A stretch of 56,637 nt of DNA, filler included, from Sphacelaria rigidula (GCA_964200075.2; 7 parts of 7 records of this genome joined end to end with filler, not necessarily neighbours in it), one strand, 5' to 3'; counted from the whole stretch's first letter, positions 11,848 through 24,171 are shown. Notes: generated by a model from the letters alone, not told the origin. Numbers and translations are program-made.

Positions 11848-13582
11848 CACACTCTGGACAATGTGGACACAATGATAGTTCATTGCTTCAGCAATAGACA
11901 CAGGAAAAAATCATCGGTATATGTTATCGAACACGATAGATGGTGAGACACATCTTATGTATCGCAAGGGACAATAGATGTTGCAATAGTCGATCGATAG
12001 CCCTTGGCAATTACAATAGATAAAGATCACTCGCCATCAATGGACATCGTGTACAGGAATAAGATTCTGGGTTGTATATATCGATCGCCATTGCCGTGAT
12101 CATTGGGTTTGGTGAGCCGTCCATCGATAGTCACTGCCGTCATCAATAGGTTTGGTGAGCCATCCATCGATAGTCATTGCCGTCATCAATAGATTGAGTG
12201 AGTTATCCATCAATACCTATTACCGCCATCAATAGATTTGGTGAGCCGTCTATCCGTAGCCTCTGCCGCCAACAATCCTTTGCTCTCGGGAGCACCTCAT
12301 CGATAGCCAGAGACGCCAACGATAGGTTTTGAAAAATAGATTGCTCACTGCCGTGGTCTCATGATACCAACGGCAATACTTCTTACACATGAACACGCGA
12401 AGACCAGAGGTGATAGCTGGCCATAGCTTCTGTGGAATAAGGCGGAGACATGAATCGGAAAATGTGCATACATAGCGCTCGCGATCGACGCCATTCAGCT
12501 ACCTTTGTGGTCAGCAATAGATATTGGTGGCCGCGATTCAAATTGGATTGTGACCAGCGGTAGACATTGGTGGCCGCAATTGGTATCCTATTGTGACCAA
12601 CAATATGTATTGGTGGCCGCGCGGTAGATCCTGTTGTGATTGTCAATAAACATTAGTGGCCACATTTCAGAGCCTATTGCAACAAATAAAATCTATCGAT
12701 AGATAACTGGGCCCCTCCATTGTCACGGCAATGATACATCATATCCCTTGTCCCGAATCTATTGTCGCCTACAACAGCTATCGATAGACTTTGATGCCCG
12801 TCGATTATAACTGACAATGAACATTGACAGTCGATTTTTCGAGGCTATTGCAGCGCCAATGTTCTATGACAGTCTGTTGTTCAGGGTATAAACACATCTC
12901 ACCCACACACAAAAGTAATAACACCACACCAACAACAAAAGCTGTAAACGTTTGTCTACACATGTTGTAGATTCGTACAGAATACAAGCGTTCCAAAATT
13001 GTAGAAACGGGATGTCATATATTCACAAGCGGTATAATTATAAACCCACTGCATGTCCACCTGCGGCTTCTATACCGTACCTTAACGGAGTATAATATGC
13101 TCTATACGTAGTATGTTACGATGTAGGTGTGGTAATAGACGGCAGAGAAAATCTTTCGGTAGGGATTATATACCACAGTTGATTCTGGTATGTATCTATC
13201 GATATTCATTGCCGCCATGCATAGATTCATACGCAACCCATCAATAGCTATTGCCGTCATCAATAGATTTGGTATACAATCTGTCAATAGTCATCGTCGC
13301 CATCAATAGATTTGGCACGCGATCGATAGCCATTACCGTCATCAATGGATTTGAAAAGCTATCGATCGATGCATTTCGTCGCCCGCAATAGATTTCGGTG
13401 TAGGGTCATAACAGACTCCTGCTTAGACAAGAGTGTGGGAAACTAGTCTATCGATAGACATTGCCAACGACGATAGAAAGATAAACTCGCCGATCGATGG
13501 CCGTTACGGACGACAATATTGACATCTACTGCAGCAGATTATATTGCGATCGCAATAGATGCCGTCTATTGTCCAGGGTGTG
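11848..13582. mobile_element. Non-autonomous TIR element (CACAC(T/C)CTGGACAAT ends) with internal 43-bp tandem arrays
   Basis: 15-bp TIR with 1 mismatch. Arrays of tgccgtcatcaatagRtttggtgagccatccatcgatagtcat at ~12092-12275 and ~13200-13360. ATCGATAG/CAATAGA motifs throughout. TSD not evident. Confidence 0.65.
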
Positions 13583-15036
13583 AGAGAAACAATAAACGGC
13601 GAAGACGGTTACTTCACCAACGAATGACAAGTGTCACATGTTGTTGATACATGTCTCTGTAGCACTGTTTGTTGCCCAGTGTGGTGGCACTCATCTTCCC
13701 GCTATCCTCTGGAGGCCGCCACTGATCAACGAGATGCGTGAGGCAGAAAGGGTGCAGTGTTTTTGTTGGACACAAGGCAGCCCCCTACCAACGGAGTTCC
13801 GCTTGAAGCAGTCACCCGCAATGATTACTTCTTGCTTTCCACTTTCTCAGCATACCTCCCTAGCCTACGAGTATACTGATTTGTTATTTATGATGATGGT
13901 GATGATGACGACGATGATGATGACAATAATAATAGCAATGTCAATGGTAAGAACAACAGTAAAAATAAAGTTCGATTCTCATGTGGGCAAAAAAGTTCCT
14001 CGTCACTCTCCGTCGGAGGGCCTCTACTATAGACACCTTTCTCTTCGGTCCAAGAACCGCCGCAGCGTTTCATATCATTGCGGAGAAACACGGTGTATAT
14101 TGTCTGTACTGTCTATCTATAGAAAACAAAAGGCCATGGGCAACTCAATCTACCCCAAACGGCTCTAGGCAACAATTCCAACTGGTGGTAACATGATAAT
14201 AGCGCATGCATGACACGGGGGTGTTTGCGACGAAGACCTAGAAGCACCAGCGTTGTGATGGAAGGTTTGGCGCCCCAAATTAACGGTTGCGGCTTTCAAT
14301 CTGACAACGAGGATAAGGCACATGCATGCCGTACGTCATTTGTATCTTAATTATCTTGATGATCAAAATGACATGAAACCGACTACTACGTGTCGGTCCG
14401 GCATGGTCTGGTATGATTTCTCCTATTTTGCCCAAAGCATTCCGAACAACGGCTTGGCCGTTCACAGCGGCTCGGGCGTAGGATCATATCAATACGAGTT
14501 GGGGCGTACTACGTGCTGTCCTAAGCGAGCGATTCTCGGCCAACGTTGCCGTTGTAACGTGCATATAACGGGTTTCAACGTTTGTGGAAACAGGCGTTTC
14601 CCTCCGAATGGGGGATGGGCGAACACCCGTGTTGAAACTAGGTGACAAGGACGGTTTCCTTCTTGTCTTATATTGCGCAGACTCGCCCGCACTGTATAGC
14701 AGACATCCATCTAACCGTGCTAATCCCGATAATCAGTGTTCCCTTGTGCAAGTCAAGTAACGGGGGAGAGATTGGTTGATCCATTGAGGCACGGGCTCGT
14801 CTAGGGGCGGGCTCGTCTAGGGGCGGAAGGGTTTGATTCAAACCGTACGACTGAATATTGATCGTGGTGAGCAGAGTTGCCAATTCTAATGGAAAGCGTT
14901 CTTGATCCGCGAACGCGGGGTGCGTCGTATACCTCTTCACTACCGTTGATATCCATATTCAAGCATTCTGCACTGTACCTTGCCGTTGCTGTGCTGTTGA
15001 CCGTACCCTGCACTGTACACGCGTGTGGCCCACTAG

Positions 15037-15156
15037 ATCGGGCGTTGCCTGTGCAACATCCTGCTTGGTTTCGGGGTAAAGCTTCTCTGCGTGGATGCCA
15101 TGGGAGAGATAGCGGAGCTCACCGAGAGAGGCGCATCGTTTGTAGAACTCGACGAG
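15037..15156 (+). CDS. ldhA: D-lactate dehydrogenase-like (D-isomer 2-hydroxyacid dehydrogenase), internal exon
   Basis: AG|IGRCLCNILLGFGVKLLCVDAMGEIAELTERGASFVELDE|GTCAGT, the segment right after the GxGxxG NAD-binding loop. Not in the ORF track; found by manual translation. Confidence 0.85.
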
Positions 15157-15695
15157 GTCAGTTGCTTTTCAAAACTATGTACTTGATCGAAGTCGTAATG
15201 ATTCGTTTTCGGAACAAGCTCGCAGTCGGTGTTCACAGCGAACTTGAGATATTCCGCAGCGCAACACAACGTCTCCCTTGCAGCACCTAAATGACACATT
15301 GTGATCCTGGATTCATGTTCAGGTTGTGAGCGTTTGTTTAGCTCTATATTTCCGCTGGTTGTTCCACATTTTCGGAGCACTGTGCGTAGGAAGAAGCGGT
15401 GGCTGTTTGGCGTTAGACCTCCTGCAGACTCAAGAGCGTTACTTCTCTTAATACAGCATCAGCTCGTTGTCGTGTGCCGACTCTGTGTTCATTGCCAGTT
15501 TTTTATGCCGATTAAGTTTAGTTGTGATAGTGTTATTTTGCGTACGTAGACTAGTTCCGCACACGCTAGAATTTTCTCGTCGTTATTGAATATGAAGTGC
15601 TTTTCCCGTGTTTATTCAATGCCAGGTTTGGTTGTTGCACTGGTCTTCTTCTTTTCTCAACTGCGTGTTTATGCATCTATCTGACCTTTCTCCAG

Positions 15696-15822
15696 GCGTG
15701 GCGCACAGCAGATGTAATATTCTTGCAGGTTCCTCTCTTTCCGTCTACTCAGCACATGTTCAATGAAGATGTGCTGCCCAAGCTGAAGAAGGGTGTCGCT
15801 CTCATCAACACTTCGAGAGGAG
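15696..15822 (+). CDS. ldhA: D-lactate dehydrogenase-like, next internal exon
   Basis: ctttctccAG|AWRTADVIFLQVPLFPSTQHMFNEDVLPKLKKGVALINTSRG|GTGCG. LINTSRG family signature; in phase with the preceding exon. Confidence 0.88.
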
Positions 15823-17439
15823 GTGCGCGAGATCGTTTTGGTTTCATTTGCACCTTTTGTCCTTGGTTATCACGACTCATTCGATTCCGGTCGTGTTGTC
15901 TGTTACTTGGCGTTGCCGCTTCCAGCGTCTATGCTGTGGGGAAACGGGGAGTGTAGCGGGCACGGGAGAGGCGAGGGGAAGGAAGTAGTCATTGTGTTAC
16001 ATGCCATAGTCGTGAGACCAACAGCCTCGAGGGGGGCGCGCATGGGGAGGGAGGGTGGGGGGAGGGGGGGGGGGCGACTTGACTTCGAGCGTTGGACGAC
16101 GTGTGGGTGTGTNNNNNNNNNNNNNNNNNNNNNNNNNNNNNNNNNNNNNNNNNNNNTTAATTAATTAANNNNNNNNNNNNNNNNNNNNNNNNNNNNNNNN
16201 NNNNNNNNNNNNTGACTGTTGGCCCTATCTGCCACCACAACATTGGACGCAATTTGGCGGTGCAGATAGATGCATTAAGCTCGATTGAGCAAGCATTGCA
16301 GATCATCGTGATATTTCTCTGGTCTTGTTCTTGTCATGGAAGTGTGATGTGCACTGTAGTGCCGAAACTCATGAATATAACTTGACCTTGGCTCCGAAGG
16401 TATGCGAAGAATTAAAGCTTCAACACGAATTTTTCTTCTCTGTATACTTATTATTATTATTATTATTATTATTTTTATTTTTATTCCATGTATGGGATTC
16501 AGTAACCCCCTTCCCCCCCCCCCGAAAACACCTAGGATTGAAAAAATCGGCATAGGGCCTCACATTTTTTGGGGGGGCACTCCTGAGTTAGGCATGCTTT
16601 TTTTCGCGATTTTTGCCGTTTTTCGGGTTTCCAGGGGGTTTCCCTCTGTGTTATGCAAAAGGAGCGAAATATGGTCATTTTGGGTCCGACTGATCGTTTA
16701 TCGGCCATTCGTGCACGCTGGCTTCTGCGCAAACAGGGGGGGGAAAGCAGCGATTCGACAAAAGAAAAAACTAAAAATTAAAATAGATATCGCCTACGGC
16801 ATTGTACGCGGTTTAGGGTCCGTGTGATCATAACGGGCTTAAGTTATGGGATAGAGAAAGTATACACATTATGATCCATGTCGCGAGACCCATTTCTTAT
16901 TTCGGCCGCTTCTGATAGCAAACAAAAATGAAAACCTGGAGAAGCTGTTTGGACCTTCTGCGTCGTTTTACACCCTAGAAGAGGACTTGACGGATTTCGA
17001 CACCTTGGAATGCCTTTGCTACACTCGTACTCGTTGCGACAGTTCAGTTTTTTTTGCCAATTTGGCGCTTTTCTTGGAGACTGTTCGTTTTTCTCGGAGA
17101 TCAGCCTAGCCCAGAAAAAAATCAGAAAAATCCTCTGCGTTTACCCCTGGCCGCATATTTTTTGTACAATCCTGCATTCTTCTCGAAGACCACTACTTTT
17201 TCTCGGAGACTGGTCAAGTCCACAAAAACTTCGGAAACTACCACCTGACCGGGAGTGACCGTTGATTAGGGACATTTTTTTAGCCGGCACCTACGGCTTA
17301 AGTGCGAAGTAGTATTATTACGTGTGTGGTACTGCATGTGGTTTCTGTGTCGGCCATTGTACACATCTGCATACACAGTCATTATAGGCTAACAGCCCTG
17401 AAAATGCACAAGGGATCGCAGGGAAAGGGCCGTTTGGTA

Positions 17440-17605
17440 CCCTTAGACAGCGAGCGTCGCCTCGGAACAGTTTCACAGACTGACAGTCCAGAGACATCCG
17501 TGGGGTTTCCAGGGGGCAGGGGGGGGTGACTCTTGACAGGGGATGGGGGGCCTGCTACCAGAACAGCTGAAAAGCTCACCCGTGCAATCATGTGTGTTTG
17601 GAAAT
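17440..17605 (+). repeat. Dispersed repeat family B beginning CCCTTAGACAGCGAGCGTCGCCTCGGAAC; copies 19347-19506, ~30462-30545, ~55545-55630 (-), stub at 53362
   Basis: Alignable motif gagcgtcgcctcggaacagtttcacaggctgacagtcc.gagacatccg.ggggtttcc in three contigs. Shares its first 9 nt with the piggyBac-like MITE terminus. Confidence 0.75.
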
Positions 17606-17645
17606 ATAACAGATGGAAACTTTGTTCTTGCCTGTGACGGTTTAA

Positions 17646-17743
17646 CCCTTAGACCGCGAGATTAGTCTTTCTGGGTCATGCATACTTTGTTTCACTTGAA
17701 ATTGATGCCGATTCAACAGAAGACTACCCTCGCGGTGTAAGGG
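17646..17743. mobile_element. piggyBac-like MITE (~100 bp)
   Basis: TTAA|CCCTTAGACCGCGAG...CTCGCGGTGTAAGGG|TTAA. CCC/GGG ends with a TTAA TSD are piggyBac hallmarks. Confidence 0.88.
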
Positions 17744-17850
17744 TTAAGATACAACCAACTAGACTAGTGACCAGTCAGCGAAGAGACAACCAACTAGACT
17801 ACTGACCAGTCGGCGCTGACTGGTCAGTAGTCTAGTTGGTTGTCTATTAA

Positions 17851-17947
17851 CCCTTAGACCGCGAGGTTAGTCTTTCTGGATCATGCATATTTTTTTTACT
17901 TGATATTGATGCCGATTCAACAGAAGACTAACCTCGCGGTCTAAGGG
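17851..17947. mobile_element. piggyBac-like MITE, second copy
   Basis: TTAA|CCCTTAGACCGCGAGGTTAGTCTT...AAGACTAACCTCGCGGTCTAAGGG|TTAA. Confidence 0.9.
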
Positions 17948-18235
17948 TTAAACCATCACAAAAGTTAGTCGCTGGTTCGTTTCCCGTCAGACGCACTTTC
18001 TTTGAAGAAAAAAGAGGCGAGAAAACCTCTGTAAAAAATTGTCCCAAAAGAAAAAGGGTGGGGTATAGCATGGTGGCTATGTTTGGAGTGCCCTGCTAGG
18101 GACCCCAGTGCACCCACTCTGGAAATGAGTGGGGGGGACGAGTAACTTTAGGATACGGTGAAAGCGACAACACTAGAGGTCCTGATGGTAGACGATCGAG
18201 CGCTGGCAAGGGGAGTCGCCCTCCTCGGAATGAAA

Positions 18236-18387
18236 GTGACGGGGATCGAACCCCCACGACTATAACTTTTGTGGCGGTTTAAGAGATGACCAACTAGACT
18301 ACTCACCAGTCAGATGACCAACTAGACTACTGACCAGTCAGCGCTGACTGGTCAGTAGTCTAGTTGGTCATCTCTTAAACCGTCACA
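18236..18387 (-). repeat. Second, inverted, MITE-free copy of the hairpin-capped tRNA-like repeat
   Basis: Near-perfect palindrome centred on agcgct (~18340-18345). Minus strand reads TAGTCTAGTTGG...GGTTCGATCCC (18242-18252). Confidence 0.6.
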
Positions 18388-19793
18388 CGCCACAGGATAC
18401 ATGAAGGTAGCACACTGTAGAGGGTGTGCAGAGGGTTGCCGTAGTAGGGTCTCTACCTTCGGAAGGTGTTCCGAGGGTGTAGCAAAGTGCCCACCTGTCC
18501 TTTCCCACCAGAAAATATCAACCAGGCGAGAACCGAAGTGACCATTCTGACCAATAACGGCTATCGAAATGATCACTTTGTTCCCCAACAGGTGGACTGC
18601 AGGTGGACAACTTCGCTGTCCGCCCGTGCTTCTCATTTCGGTCAGGGTAATTCGATAACCTTAGATTCCAAGGGCACAAATAACGTAGTTTGTACTCTGC
18701 GCGTGGTCTGCGCCGCCTGCCTGGCCCGCCCGCATGTGTTGCCAGCATATAGCTTCACACTTGCTGTAGTGCTCTTGTTGAATACTGAGCAAAGGCATCA
18801 GCAGCATGCAGTAAATTCTGTTCAGTGAGAGCAGTAAATTCTGTTCAGTGGAGAGCGATGCATGACACGCTGAGTGTTTCATGCCGTGGTATCCAGCGGA
18901 GACATACAGCACATACACTGACTCTGAACGCAACAGACTGCAGAGTCAAAACTGGCCAAGAGTTCCTCCGGCACCATTTTCCATATATATACGAGTGTGA
19001 GAAGGCGTATCGCTAGGGTAGACAGACTACAATAAGGAGGAGCCTGTCTTCGAGGCTGGCGATAATTTCCTCTTGTGATATGTGGGCAAGAAGTTGGGTC
19101 AGACGAGAAATGGCCACCAGGGTGCGACCAGTTCCTCGGGGGGTGTTTGTCCGTCCTGATATCAGGCTCTTCCTGGCATCACCCCAAGTTGTCTCGTATC
19201 CTTGGCACTACAGGGTCCTCGGCAATCTGGTCTTTTCGGATCGTTCCTACCTTGTACCTTTCTTCATACATGTGGTGCATCAGCCTCTGATATGTCACTG
19301 CAAAGATGTTTGGCACAGTCCATCTCATTCCATGTGCCGGGGGTAACCCTTACACAGGGAGCGTCGCCTCGGAACAGTTTCACAGGCTGACAGTCTGGAG
19401 ACATTTGTGGGTTTCCAGTGTCCGGGGGGGTGGTTTTTGAGGGGAGGGGTATCTGTTCGCAGAGGAGCCGAAAAGCTCACCACATCAACCATGTATGTTT
19501 GGAAGTTTCCCGCGGATGATTATGAGCCGTGCCCGAGGCCCGAGAGCCGCGGGATGCCCATTCTGAGAGGCGCAAAAAGTACATCCACCTATATAGGTGG
19601 ATCCTTATCCTTATTTCCACCTTAACCTTTTATCATGACCGAACCCGCGTGGTTTTTTTCAATTCGGGAAACAAGCGAAAAGTACTTGTACTGAAATGCT
19701 ACAAGAGTTTACTGATACAATATAGGGGTAACTACACGCAAACAGATCATAATCAATTTCATGTGGGGAGGAGGAAATAACACGCCAGGTGGA

Positions 19794-19992
19794 TGGGTAT
19801 CGTCGCACGTCGAAACACGGACCACCTTCCGCACGAGAAGAAGCAGCAGCAGCGGCAGCAGCAGCAGCATCTTTATTGCCAGTAGATGTGTACCGTTTGG
19901 GTTGGTTTTGAATAAGCTGGAACCGATGCTGCTGATGCTGCTGCTGCTCTTCATCGTAGACGGTCCGCGTTTCGAACTTGCGACAACACCCA
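19794..19992. repeat. Foldback with CAG/CTG triplet tracts in its arms
   Basis: tgggtatcgtcgcacgtcgaaacacggacc...gcagcagcagcatc pairs with gatgctgctg...ggtccgcgtttcgaacttgcgacaacaccca. Confidence 0.7.
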
Positions 19993-20787
19993 CGCCTTGT
20001 GAGTGATGGTCACTGTGCTGGACAGCGCTGGTACGTACTACCCGCCGATGGGTTCATGCTTGCTTACTCGGCGAGATTCTGGAAAAAATAGCTGTGCGCA
20101 TCTCTCTGGGGGAGCTGTGCACGTGGAGTGTATCTGTCTCCCACGCGTGGCTACTGCTGGTGATGGGGTGAACCCAGCGTGGCTACTGCTAGTGACCGGA
20201 TCCCAACTGTCTGTCCCATGAAGAGCTGAACAGCCCACTCCTTCCAACCATGTCATGTTCCTCTTCGCATTCTCACGCGAATGTCCCTCCGCTCTTACAA
20301 AAATTAATTTCCCAAACATTAATTTTCGTGAGCGTGATTTTAGGGAACGTGAGAATGTGGCATCAACTCACAACCAATCGGAATCATGGAAAAAAAACAA
20401 AAATCACCAACCGTCATAATCACTATCACTGTCATGTCGCGTTCTCACATTTTTGGACTTGAAAAAACGGGCCCTAACGACGTGAAAATTATGCTGATTC
20501 ACAAAGAGACCCCTTCTGCAAACCACATGTTTCTGGGAATCCGGTCCCAAACGGGTTGGATAATCAGCTATCCAGCAAAGACAGGTACGAAATGAATACG
20601 ACACCAGAATAATTGCAGGTAAGCAAGGCAGAAGGAGACAACAGCACATTATCAAGGGAAAGGACCCGGAATTTTAGGAAATCACTTATAAAGAGAGAAC
20701 ACAACATAATGAAATCGAAGGAACACAACACACTAGAAAAGTACATGCTCGGATGAAGGCGAATAACGAGAGCAAACTGAAGATTAA

Positions 20788-20889
20788 CCCTTGGACAGAG
20801 GTGCGGGTAGTTCATCTGGATCACGCATACTTATTTCAAGTGAATATTGGTGCCGATTCAGCAGGTGACCCAACCTTGCGGTCAAAGGG
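20788..20889. mobile_element. piggyBac-like MITE, diverged copy
   Basis: TTAA|CCCTTGGACAGAGG...CCTTGCGGTCAAAGGG|TTGA. Internal sequence matches the 28331-28432 subtype. Confidence 0.8.
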
Positions 20890-21290
20890 TTGAAGAAGAA
20901 TGAAAGCAACTATGACCTCTAACGTCAGGAATTTTCCACTTTTTCCGCGGGGACGCGCGGGCAGCATTTCAGCTGATTGATCACATCTCGAGTGCTTATC
21001 AGTTCAGCTCATTCATATATTCAGCGCACACCGAAACGATGAAGTGAGCAGTTCAGTTGTGTGGTTATTGTCACATTTTCCCGTTCGCGTTCCCGCCGAC
21101 GTAAACCATCTCTAATATTTTTGTCATGTCGTTGATATACGACATCACCCGACGGGAAGCAAAATGGATCTGCCGAGGTTTAAGCTCACTTCAACACATT
21201 GCACCACCAACGAGCAACACAAAGCGTGTTTTGCCCAGATTTTTTTCTGTACTCAGTGTTGGGCTATGCAAACCATCACCGTGCGTGCCC

Positions 21291-21595
21291 TCCTCGGCTC
21301 ACAGGGCCCATCCCCTCACGCGGACATCGGCTCTATTTCATCGTCCCCTGACGACTGACAACCGCTCTATTTTATCGGTGATGAAGGCATACACGGTGTG
21401 AGAGCCGCGTTGTGATTAAACAGACTTGAACTATAATTGGGAGGCGCTGGGGACCACATGAACTCCTTCCCCCGCGCCTCCAATTCTTGTTCCAAGTCTT
21501 TTGATTACAACGCGGCACTCACACCGTGTGTCCCTTCATTACCGATGAAATAGAGCGGGGATTTGCGTGAGGGGGCGGGCCCTGTGAGCCGTGGA
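21291..21595. repeat. ~300-bp imperfect palindrome (foldback MITE)
   Basis: cggctcacagggccc...ccgctctattttatcggtgatgaagg...acacggtgtgagagccgcgttgt pairs with acaacgcggcactcacaccgtgtg...accgatgaaatagagcgg...gggccctgtgagccg. Confidence 0.8.
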
Positions 21596-22379
21596 CGCCC
21601 ACGATCGAGGTTTGCGCAAGAAATCGCCGGGAAAGGGTACATGTCTCGAGTGCAGCACTCAAGCACTCAGAGTCATGGAGTTTGCTCTCGGATCAAGAGT
21701 TTCTACGGACGTTTATCGTCAGCGTGTTTTACCCACGTTGCCGCTGTGATCCATTGATATCGTCGGCGCACATCGAAGTGTCCGCGCGCCGGACCCCTAG
21801 CACTGGCATTCGGACGGACAATCATCCCCCGACGCGGGCACGGCGGGATCTGCACACTAATTTCAGCATATTATCGCGTGAACGCCTCTTTACGATGATC
21901 GCTGCACTCTCGTGCACCCTAAAGATCTTATACATACGTGTACTACGGGAAGCTCGTGTGCGGGCGGGTGCGGACATTACACACTCATTCCAGTATAAAT
22001 CGCCGGAAACATTGCAGGACCACTGCGATCATGCGCCCGTTCGAAAGGTAGCGAACGCTTGTGTACCCCCGAACAAACTGTCGCACGAATCCGCGAACCG
22101 GACTCCTAGCATTGGCCCGAACAGTCATCTCCCGGGGCGGATGCGGAAGAACTTGCACACTTCAATCAGCATTAAATCTCGTGGACGCCTCGTTACGAAG
22201 TATGCTTCACGCTCGTGAGTTCGAATTATTATTTTATATATATATATATAATACCATGACCCTCGGAACCCTTCCCCTTTCTCGGGACGAGCCCGTGGCC
22301 CCAAGAGGTGAACCCATCTGTCTCCCGGTATATGCCTTAACCACGGTCCGGACGAATCAGAGTTCAAACGGCTTGACTT

Positions 22380-23590
22380 CCCATGAACATTGAATGCGAA
22401 CCATGTGCCAAAGAGCCATGCGATATGGATCACGGATGGTGAAGTTGTGTGTTCAGGGCCATGCCGCACAAATCAAGAGTGGAAAACATGTGCGTACGAT
22501 TCATGCTGCATGAACGGAGATTGGGAAACGTGTACGCTTGATTCACCTCGTACGGATTTAAGGCGGAAAACATATACGCACCATCCATGCTTCATGAATG
22601 GAAATCGGGAAGCATATACATGTGATTCACCTCGTATGATTGGAATGTGTGAAACGTGTACCCATGATTCATGCCCCATTGATGTCGGGGGAGATCAGAT
22701 ACATACATGCTTGATTCACCTCCGAGGAGTGGAAGGTGGGAAACATGTAGATGAATCATGGCAATTATGCTGTATGAATCAAAGGATAATAAACTGCTAG
22801 AAGAATCACTCTAGCCGTGCACATGCGTGCTGTGCCATGCTGTATCGTAGTGCCTGTGGACTACTACAGAGTACGTTTTCTCGGAAAACTGGCGCGAGCA
22901 TGCAAGGATGACTCGTGCTGGTGCTGTGTTCTTCGCAAGTGTTCGTGGTATCGTATACGGTATGTTCAGGTCAACTGTACCACAAGACACAACATGAAGC
23001 CACGAAGGCTGTCAGTAGCATAGCTTGGGGAAAATATACTGCAGTTTATGTGTTACGGGAATACAAAATGTGAAAATGGGTTTATTGGGATTTGGCTCTT
23101 AAGGGGTTGTCCACCGAAGTGTCGCGCCCCATGAAATGGAAGGTGGGGAGCATGTACGTATGATTCACGCTGCATAGATGAGAAGTGGGGAGCATGTACA
23201 CTTGGTCCATCTTGTATGAAAGGAAGGTAGGGATGCACGTATGATTCATGTCGCATGAATGGAATTGGGAAACATGTACGTATGATTCACCTCGTATGAA
23301 TCAAAGGCGAGAATCGTGAACGTACGCTTCATGCTGCATGAACGGAAATAAGGAATAATGTACGCTTGAACCACCTCGTATGAACGGAAAACGAGAAACA
23401 TGTACCTCTGATCCACACCATAAATTTACGCGTGGGAGGTAGGGAACGTGTACGTTCGACGGTGTCCCGCACGAATCACGAACTGGGAATGTGTAACTCA
23501 ACGTGGTCACGTATGAATCACGAACCCAAAAGATGTACAAATCACAGCTTCTGTACGAGTCGTATGATTGATTCGTCCACATGTTGAACA
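22380..23590 (+). repeat. Degenerate 42-bp minisatellite in two blocks (~22380-22780 and ~23130-23590)
   Basis: Unit approximately ggaaacatgtacgtatgattca(tgctgc|cctcgt)atgaacggaRatYg, with starts at 22481 and 22523 (42-bp spacing) and alternating variants. Confidence 0.75.
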
Positions 23591-24171
23591 TGAGTCGACT
23601 GGATCATGACCATCAGCACTCCCACAACGCGCCAGCTCTCGTCAAACTATTTTTCGCTGCTCACGTCCTCACTCTTTTTGCTTTGAAAGCCAGATATCTT
23701 GCAAGAATCGTGCAAATCTATGCTCACACGTTTTCCCGGCGTGATAGGTGTACGCTTTCCGTTACACCACCAGGGCGCGGCGGGTTGTGGAGCTCTTCTC
23801 CAATATATTTGAAGAACGAGGGTCCTGATATGCCGAAGTGCAATCTAATGTGACGATGAAGAGCACGCGTCATACTCTCACCCTGAAGACAGTTAATACA
23901 CGGTGTTATGTTCTCAATTATGTGCATCAGCATCACAAGAGCCGACGTTAATGGTAAGTTGAAGGCACGTTGTTGTGACGTCCCCGTTTCGAAAAGGGCG
24001 TGTACTATCTCGTGGTGAATGAGCTGCGCTGTACAGAAATGATGCTTCTCTCGAGAACATGAAACGGAAGTGCAGGACTTTCACAAGATTCGATAATCGC
24101 TGCTGGAGATTGGTTTGGAAAAAAATCTGAAATCGGACAAATGTTTGGACCCCGTACACAATGAGCCGGTC

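Larger units (their letters stand above)
17633..17990 (+). repeat. tRNA-like (A-box/B-box) repeat with 5' hairpin, interrupted by two MITEs
   Basis: With the MITEs removed it reads as a palindrome tgtgacggtttaagaga...cagtc(a/g)gcgctgactg...ttaaaccatcaca containing A-box-like TAGTCTAGTTGG, followed by B-box-like GGTTCGTTTCC at 17974-17984. Confidence 0.55.

Noticed and set aside
12092-12275. CRISPR-like regular repeats (also 22380-23590 and 53900-54880)
   Set aside because: Contiguous degenerate tandem units without unique spacers, no cas genes, eukaryotic context.
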